From Vicinamibacterales bacterium (lineage in GTDB: Bacteria; Acidobacteriota; Vicinamibacteria; Vicinamibacterales; UBA2999): a stretch of 64,000 bases of DNA. The stretch covers positions 108 through 64,107 of the forward strand of contig DASPNQ010000122.1 in assembly GCA_035626435.1 (NCBI GenBank). Direction: 5' to 3'. Under the pieces are notes generated by a model. It saw nothing but the letters and a program-made list of their open reading frames with translations, ran no database searches and was not told the origin of the DNA. Below are positions 55,875 to 62,195 of the stretch, one piece after another. The position numbers and the translations under genes were made by a program. Positions within the stretch are counted from its first letter, which is position 1; each line of letters opens with the position of its first letter.

Positions 55875-57065
55875 ATGAGAACGACTCGCACCCTGGTTTG
55901 TGTGGCTGCGTTGCTCTGCAATTCCGTCGTGTACGCGCAAAACAATGCCGGCCTGAAGATCGTCGTGATCCAAGGTGAAGATGCCGTCAACATCATTCAG
56001 CAGAAAACCGCGGTTGCCCCGATCGTCGAGATCCGCGACCGCAACAACCTGCCCGTGCCGGGCGCGACGGTGACCTTTTCGATTGGCGGCCAGGGTGCAT
56101 CCTTCGGCGGCGCCCCATCGTTGACGGTCGTGACCAACGCGGCCGGCCAGGCGACCGCGACGGGGCTGACGCCGATCAGCAGTGGCGTCGTGAACATCTC
56201 GACGACGGCGACGTTCCAGGGACAGACGGTGGCCGCCACAATCGTGCAGTCGAACGTGATGACGGCCGCCGAGGCGGCTGGAGCGGGTGCGAGTACCACA
56301 GCAAACACCGGCAGCGGTGCCACGACGCCGTCGACATCGAGCGCTGCTGTGGGTGGCAGCGCCGGAATGTCAGGCATGACACTGGGGATCATCGGCGGCG
56401 TAGCGGCTGCCGGAGCCGGCGGCCTAGCGGCCGCGGCCGGTGGCGGTGGCGATTCGCCGGCGACGACTTCAGCCGGTCCGGGCACTGCGACAAGCGCGAC
56501 GGCATCGACGCCCACCACGCCGTCAACCGCTGCTCCGGCGCCACCGGGGACGACGCCGCCATCGACATCGAGCAGCGCGACCTACTCAGGACCGCTCGAC
56601 GGCAACATCAACTTCAATTGGAGCAGCACATCGGATGGCGTGACGCTCAATTGCGTCGCGACCATCCGCCGAAACGAAACGCTGCGAGTGACGATGCAAA
56701 CCGCCAGTACTGGCGTCGTCAGCGGCATGGCCGACATCAACGGCACGCAGCTGCTGACGTCGGAACGGTGTGACGGCATTGGCAACATCCCGCTGACCGG
56801 TGTGGTGCCGCAAACGGTGGCCTTCAGCGCGCCGTTGACCGGCACGTCGAGCGGCGGGGCGATGCGCTTTACCTACGAAGCGCGCCAGTCGGGTGCCGCC
56901 GAAGGTTTCAACTGGACATTTTCAGATGCGTTCACGTTCGTCGGCACGCTGTCGGGCTCGAGCATCATCGGCACGGTCACCTACAGCGGGCAGTTCACGA
57001 TGGGCGGTCAGGGGTTGACCATGCGCGGCAACATGTCGGGCGCTTTCCCTGTCACGCTGCGATGA
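55875..57065 (+). CDS. Secreted Ig-like domain protein, paralogue 3 (more divergent, longer Thr/Ser/Pro/Ala linker)
   Basis: LKIVVIQGEDAVNIIQQKTAVAPIVEIRDRNNLPVPGATVTFSIGGQGASFGG... has the same architecture. The C-terminus ends in the shared SG-FPVTL-R motif. Confidence 0.8.
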   Translation: MRTTRTLVCVAALLCNSVVYAQNNAGLKIVVIQGEDAVNIIQQKTAVAPIVEIRDRNNLPVPGATVTFSIGGQGASFGGAPSLTVVTNAAGQATATGLTPISSGVVNISTTATFQGQTVAATIVQSNVMTAAEAAGAGASTTANTGSGATTPSTSSAAVGGSAGMSGMTLGIIGGVAAAGAGGLAAAAGGGGDSPATTSAGPGTATSATASTPTTPSTAAPAPPGTTPPSTSSSATYSGPLDGNINFNWSSTSDGVTLNCVATIRRNETLRVTMQTASTGVVSGMADINGTQLLTSERCDGIGNIPLTGVVPQTVAFSAPLTGTSSGGAMRFTYEARQSGAAEGFNWTFSDAFTFVGTLSGSSIIGTVTYSGQFTMGGQGLTMRGNMSGAFPVTLR

Positions 57066-57075
57066 GGTATTAGCA

Positions 57076-58539
57076 ATGCATCGACTCCTACGAATCGTCC
57101 TGGTAACGGGCGCCGTGGCCGCGGCGGCAAACGCCGCCGCCCAGGCGCCGCCGCGGCTGACGCTCGCCGACGCCGTCGGCGAGGCGCTCGCGAAAAACGA
57201 GCGCATCGTCAATCAGGCCGACACCATCGCGCAAGCGGAACTCGGTTTGCGGCTTGCGCGCAACACGTTCAAGCCCAAGGTCACGCCGAACATGTTCGGG
57301 TCGTTCGGCCGCACCGACGTCAGCAGCCAGACCTATCGCATCGACGTCTCGCAGAAGCTGGTCACCGGCACGGAGCTGCGGTTATCGACCGGTACCGCGT
57401 CCGCACAGATTCCCGGCCAACTCGGCGAGTCGTCGACCGACGTGTTCTTCTACAACGCCGACACGACGTTGACGCTGACGCAGCCGCTGCTGCGCGGATT
57501 CGGGCGTGGCGTCGCCCGGCGATCGCTGAACTCCGCGGAGTTGCGGCGTGAGGATGCCGAACGTCTGCAATCGCTCTCCGAACAACAAGTCGCCGTCGAC
57601 GTCGCCGCCGCGTACTACCGCGTCGTGTCGCAGCAGGCCTTCGTCGAGGTGGCGCGGCAGAGCCTGCTTCGGGCACGGCGGCTGCGCGATGCGTCTGAGG
57701 CAAAGCTCGATGCGGGCCTGGTTTCGCAGCTCGATGTCCTGCGGTCGCAACAGCTCGTCGCGCAGGCCGAAATGCAGCTGTTTGATTCGCAGTCGGCCGT
57801 CGACGATGCGCGCGATCAACTGACGTTCTTGATGGGGCGGCCTACCACCGAGCCATTCGAAGTGGAGGCGGCGATTCCGCGTCCGAGCACCGAGCCCATC
57901 GACGTGGCGTCGGCGACAAAAATCGCGCTGGCCAATCGCGTCGACTTGAAGAGTCGCATCGCGGCGCGCGACGACGCCGACAACCAGATTCGGTTTTCGC
58001 GAAACCAGCTGTTGCCGCAAGTCGACGTCAATCTGGCGTTGACGCGCCGGGAAACCGCGCCGACTTTCCGCGACAGCTTCGGACTCGACGGCTACAAGTT
58101 CGCTACGTTCTTCACCATCGCCATGCCAGTGGACCGCACCGCGCAACAGGTCGAATATCAGGGCGCGTTGATCGATCGCGCGCGGCGCCGCCGTGAGGCG
58201 GACACGCTCGAGCGCCAGATCGCCGACAACGTGAAGCAAATCATTCGCGAGCGCGATCGGTTGCTGCGCGGTGTGCTGGCAGCGGAGACCAGCGTCGAGC
58301 TGAGCAAGCGGGAGGTCGAGGTCGCGCAGCTGCGATATCAGAACGGCCTCTCGAACAATCTCGACGTCGTGACGGCGGAGGCCGGGCTGCTGCAGGCCGA
58401 GAGCCGCCGCATCCAGGCGCTCGCCGATTCGGTGGTGTCGAGCCTGCGCCTGCGTGCGGTGCTCGGCGTGTTCAACCCGCGGCTGGACATGTCTGGACCG
58501 GCGGCCGTGCTGTCGTCGCCTGCGGCATTGGCGCAATGA
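57076..58539 (+). CDS. TolC-family outer-membrane efflux protein
   Basis: Signal peptide. Duplicated coiled-coil/beta pattern with LTLADAVGEALAKNERI and LDVLRSQQ / LDVVTAEA repeats. Confidence 0.9.
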   Translation: MHRLLRIVLVTGAVAAAANAAAQAPPRLTLADAVGEALAKNERIVNQADTIAQAELGLRLARNTFKPKVTPNMFGSFGRTDVSSQTYRIDVSQKLVTGTELRLSTGTASAQIPGQLGESSTDVFFYNADTTLTLTQPLLRGFGRGVARRSLNSAELRREDAERLQSLSEQQVAVDVAAAYYRVVSQQAFVEVARQSLLRARRLRDASEAKLDAGLVSQLDVLRSQQLVAQAEMQLFDSQSAVDDARDQLTFLMGRPTTEPFEVEAAIPRPSTEPIDVASATKIALANRVDLKSRIAARDDADNQIRFSRNQLLPQVDVNLALTRRETAPTFRDSFGLDGYKFATFFTIAMPVDRTAQQVEYQGALIDRARRRREADTLERQIADNVKQIIRERDRLLRGVLAAETSVELSKREVEVAQLRYQNGLSNNLDVVTAEAGLLQAESRRIQALADSVVSSLRLRAVLGVFNPRLDMSGPAAVLSSPAALAQ

Positions 58540-59933
58540 ACGTCACACGCTGGTTACCGTCCTTGATGCACTCGCGACGGACGCTGATCGCGGCGAGCGC
58601 AGTTGTATGCGCGACGACCGGGTTTGCCTATTGGGCGCGCGCCGGCGGCGATGACTCGATGATCGCGACCGTGTCGCGCGGCGAGCTGGTGGCGCGCCTG
58701 ACGTCGAGCGGTACCTTGAAGCCACTGCAGTCCATCACCTACCGATCACCGGTTCCCGGGCGCGACGTCGAGATTCGGGATCTCGCGCCCGAAGGCTCGC
58801 GAGTCAATGCCGGAGATGTCGTGGTCCGCCTCGATACCACCGACCTCGAGCTCGAGCTGGCACGCGTCAGAAACGAGCTTCGCCAGTCGCAAATGGACTT
58901 GCAGGTCGCGGCCGGGGAATGGGACGAAGCCGGCGCCGAGGTGAAACAGGTCACGGAAGGCGAAGGCGCGCTGACCGTCGAGGAAGCCCGTTCCGCCTTG
59001 CAGCGTGCGCAGAAGAAGACGGAGCGGTTGCGCCAGGAATACGACCATCTGAAACCGTTGCTCGAGAAGGGCTACATCACGCGCGACGAGCTGGCGCGCA
59101 CCGAGGATCAGCTCGAAGAGGCGGAAGAAGAGCTCGTGCTGGCACGGCGTCGCACCGACATCGTCGTGCAGTTGTCGCATCCGCGCGAACAGAAGCGCGC
59201 GGCGCTGGCCCTGGCGCAGAAAACGGCGCAGCTCGGCCACGCCCGCCAGCGCGTGGCGGAGCTCGAGCTGCGGGTCAACACGTTGATGGCGCTGATTGAA
59301 GGCTGCACGATTCGCGCCCGCACGCCCGGCCTGGTGGTCTACGAGGAAAATCTCAGCGCCAATCCACGACGCAAGCTGCGCATCGGCGACCGCGTGTTCG
59401 CGACCCAGGGCATCATCACCATTCCCGAAGTCAACCGGATGCAGGTGGAAGCGTCGGTCAGCGAGAGCGAAGTGCATCGGGTGCGCCCCGGGCAGGCGGC
59501 GGAAGTGCGGGTCGAAGCGTTTCCAGACGTGACCTTGACCGGAAAGGTCACACGCGTCGGCACGCTGGCGAGTGCCTCGGCGACGCGGCCGTTCGACGAC
59601 AAACGCTTCGATCTGATCATCACGCTTGATCCGACCAGCGTCGACCTCCGTCCCGAGATGAGCATTCGCGCCGACGTCGTCGTCGGTTCCCGCACAGACG
59701 TCCTGATGGCGCCGGTCACGGCGATCTTCAACAACCAGGGCACGCGCGTCGCCTACGTCGTCGGACCGACCGGCCGAACCGAGATGCGCCGCGTCGACCT
59801 CGGCGAGTCCAACGACCGCATGGTCGAGATCCTGGCCGGCCTGAATGAAGGCGACCGCCTGTCACTACTCCCACCCGCGCTGGCAACCTCGCCGGCGCCG
59901 GCGGCTCGACCCAATGCACTTCAGCCTCGCTGA
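58536..59933 (+). CDS. HlyD/MacA-type periplasmic membrane-fusion (adaptor) protein
   Basis: ATGA overlap with the TolC gene. N-terminal TM anchor, lipoyl-like GDVVVRLD, long coiled-coil hairpin, and beta-barrel region IRARTPGLVVY...RIGDRV. Confidence 0.9.
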   Translation: MNVTRWLPSLMHSRRTLIAASAVVCATTGFAYWARAGGDDSMIATVSRGELVARLTSSGTLKPLQSITYRSPVPGRDVEIRDLAPEGSRVNAGDVVVRLDTTDLELELARVRNELRQSQMDLQVAAGEWDEAGAEVKQVTEGEGALTVEEARSALQRAQKKTERLRQEYDHLKPLLEKGYITRDELARTEDQLEEAEEELVLARRRTDIVVQLSHPREQKRAALALAQKTAQLGHARQRVAELELRVNTLMALIEGCTIRARTPGLVVYEENLSANPRRKLRIGDRVFATQGIITIPEVNRMQVEASVSESEVHRVRPGQAAEVRVEAFPDVTLTGKVTRVGTLASASATRPFDDKRFDLIITLDPTSVDLRPEMSIRADVVVGSRTDVLMAPVTAIFNNQGTRVAYVVGPTGRTEMRRVDLGESNDRMVEILAGLNEGDRLSLLPPALATSPAPAARPNALQPR

Positions 59934-61146
59934 GCTGGGCGAATACCTGCGCATCGCCGTCGAAGCGCTCGGCCGCTACCGGCTGCGGACGGCGTTGAGT
60001 GTTCTCGGCGTGGTCCTTGGCGTCGCCGCGGTGATTGCCATGATGTCGGTCAGCGAGGGCGCAGCCCGCGAAGCGCTTGCGCAGGTCGACGCCCTCGGCC
60101 TGGACAACATCGTCGTGCAGAGCGCGGGCGGGTTGAACGCGCGCGGCACGCTGCGTCGCGGGCTGACCGCGAATGACGCGCAGCGCGCGTTGGAGATGGT
60201 GCCGTCGGCGACCATCGCGGCGCCGGTCGTGTCCCGATACGTGCGCATCGGCCGAGCCGATCGCGTGAACCCGCACCAGGTGCTCGCGGCACCGCCGGCG
60301 TTTCAATACATTCTGCGCCTGCATGCTGAGCGCGGGCGTCTACTCGCACAGACCGACCAGGACACCGCCGCGCGGGTCTGTGTCATCGGCGCGTTGCTGG
60401 CGCAGCAGCTGTTCGGGTATCGCGATCCGGTGGGTGAAACGATCCGCATTGGCGAGGATCACTACCGCGTCGTAGGCGTGCTGAGAGAACAGGGCGGCGA
60501 TCCCCAGGCCGGCACGACCATGGCGTGGCACAACGTCAATCGCGCGGCGATCGCACCGCTGCCGTCGATCACCGGCAAGACGCTGGAGGTCGCGCCGAAT
60601 CAGCCGGTCGACGAGGTCTGGGTGCAGGTCAAGGACGCCGAGCGGTCAGTCGAGCTCGGCGAAGTACTTCGCCGCTTGATGCTCCAGACACGGGAGGCGG
60701 ACGAATTCCACATCGTCGTGCCGCGCGAGCTGCTTGCGCAGCGGTATCGCACACAACGCACTTTCAGCGTTGTAGTCGGCAGCGTTGCCGCACTGGCCCT
60801 GCTGGTCGGCGGCATCGGCATCATGAACATCATGTTGACCTCCGTCGTCGAACGCACACGGGAGATCGGCGTACGTCGAACCGCCGGCGCGCGCAAGCGC
60901 GATGTGACGATGCAGTTTCTGATCGAGACGCTGCTGATGACCGTTGGCGGCGGCATTGCCGGTATTGGCATCGGCGCCGTGGTGTCCTTCGGCATTTCGG
61001 CGTATGCGGGGTGGGCCACACACGTCTCGCCGACGGCGATCGGGCTTGGATTCGTCGTGTCGTTCCTCGTCGGGCTGGTGTTCGGCTTGTATCCGGCGAT
61101 GAAAGCCGCGGCGCTGCAGCCCGTCGACGCGATGCGGTATGAATAG
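59914..61146 (+). CDS. MacB/FtsX-type ABC-transporter permease with no ATPase domain
   Basis: Start chosen at MHFSLAELGEYLRIAVEALGRYRLRTALSVLGVVLGVAAVIAM, overlapping the adaptor gene by 20 bp. Large periplasmic domain, then an FtsX 3-TM C-terminus with REIGVRRTAGARKRDV. Confidence 0.9.
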   Translation: MHFSLAELGEYLRIAVEALGRYRLRTALSVLGVVLGVAAVIAMMSVSEGAAREALAQVDALGLDNIVVQSAGGLNARGTLRRGLTANDAQRALEMVPSATIAAPVVSRYVRIGRADRVNPHQVLAAPPAFQYILRLHAERGRLLAQTDQDTAARVCVIGALLAQQLFGYRDPVGETIRIGEDHYRVVGVLREQGGDPQAGTTMAWHNVNRAAIAPLPSITGKTLEVAPNQPVDEVWVQVKDAERSVELGEVLRRLMLQTREADEFHIVVPRELLAQRYRTQRTFSVVVGSVAALALLVGGIGIMNIMLTSVVERTREIGVRRTAGARKRDVTMQFLIETLLMTVGGGIAGIGIGAVVSFGISAYAGWATHVSPTAIGLGFVVSFLVGLVFGLYPAMKAAALQPVDAMRYE

Positions 61147-61170
61147 CGATCAGCGATCAGCTTTCAGTGT
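61147..61170 (+). repeat. Short TCAGC-family heptamer array (cgatcag cgatcag ctttcag ...) spanning the 3-bp convergent spacer and the last codons of pxpA
   Basis: Read directly. The pxpA C-terminus ...TLKADR is encoded on the opposite strand of this array. Confidence 0.8.
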
Positions 61171-61926
61171 TGGCGTCAGGCTCTGAACTGAAATTCCCGC
61201 GGCTTCGAGTCCACGTCTCACCGCGCGTGCGTGTTCCGCGGCGCCGGGCGTGTCTCCATGCAGGCAAATCGTGTCGGCCTTCAGGTGGACGATCGACCCA
61301 TCGATCGCGATGACTTCACCGTCCTTCACCATGCGCACGGCGCGGGCGACGACGAGCGGCGTGTCGTGGATGACGCTGCCCGGTTTCGCCCGTGCCGTCA
61401 GCGTGCCGTCCGGATCGTAGGCGCGGTCGGCAAAGACTTCCGCCGCGACGGGTAAGCCGGCTGCCTCGCCCGCGCGCAGCAACTCCGAATTCGGCAACCC
61501 GAACAGGATGAGCGAGCGGTCGAGAGCCGCGACGGCCTTGGCGATGGCATCGGCGAGCGAGCGGCTTTTGCACGCCATGTTGTACAGCGCCCCGTGCGGC
61601 TTGACGTGCTGCAGGCGGACGCCCTGCGCGGCCGCAATCCCTGCCAGCGCCGCGACCTGATAGAGGACGAGATCCTCGACCTCCGCGGCTGACGCGTTGA
61701 GTTCGCGGCGGCCGAAGCCGACCAGGTCGGGAAACCCCGGATGCGCCCCGATGGCGACGCCTTTTTTCCGCGCCAGTTCGACGGTCCTGCGCATCGTAGC
61801 GGGGTCACCCGCATGGAAGCCGCAGGCGACGTTTGCCGAGGAAATACTGTCCATCAAGGCATCGTCCTGACCCATGGGCCAGGGTCCGAAGGACTCGCCG
61901 AGGTCGGAATTGAGATCAATTCTCAT
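61150..61926 (-). CDS. pxpA: 5-oxoprolinase subunit A (LamB/YcsF family)
   Basis: MRIDLNSDLGESFGPW...NVACGFHAGDP...IGAHPGFPD is the family signature. Start chosen at the internal Met of track ORF 61150..62037. Confidence 0.9.
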   Translation of the reverse strand: MRIDLNSDLGESFGPWPMGQDDALMDSISSANVACGFHAGDPATMRRTVELARKKGVAIGAHPGFPDLVGFGRRELNASAAEVEDLVLYQVAALAGIAAAQGVRLQHVKPHGALYNMACKSRSLADAIAKAVAALDRSLILFGLPNSELLRAGEAAGLPVAAEVFADRAYDPDGTLTARAKPGSVIHDTPLVVARAVRMVKDGEVIAIDGSIVHLKADTICLHGDTPGAAEHARAVRRGLEAAGISVQSLTPTLKADR

Positions 61927-62001
61927 TTTGTACTTGACCGACCTTTTTGGTCGGCAATACGCTGGGTTCCAAAGTTGAGACCAGTTCTCAACACCAAATC
62001 C

Positions 62002-62163
62002 ATGAAGAGTGTCCGCAACGTTTTGTTCTGGGCCCACCTGTCCTGCGGCGCCGCCGCCGGCGTGGTCATCCTCATTATGTCCGTCACCGGTGTCGCGCTC
62101 ACCTACGGGCAGCAGATGCTCGTCAATCCTAGCCTCCCGCTGTGGGTATCTACTTCACGTTGA
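62002..62163 (+). pseudogene. 53-codon ORF resembling only the first TM helix of a PepSY-associated TM protein. Possible gene remnant.
   Basis: MKSVRNVLFWAHLSCGAAAGVVILIMSVTGVALTYGQQM resembles the R-x-x-h-x-W-h-G-x-x-x-G-x-x-L-x-x-x-x-x-TG N-terminal pattern of PepSY-TM proteins, but the ORF stops after 53 aa. Confidence 0.3.
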
Positions 62164-62195
62164 CCGCAGTGATTCGTCGAAAGGTTCGTTGCGTT

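Noticed and set aside
51474-57065. Caspase-like protease plus downstream proteins considered as a bacterial gasdermin-type module
   Set aside because: The protease has a signal peptide, so it is extracytoplasmic. The downstream proteins are signal-peptide-bearing Ig-like proteins, not gasdermin-like pore formers of about 250-300 aa. The architecture does not fit.
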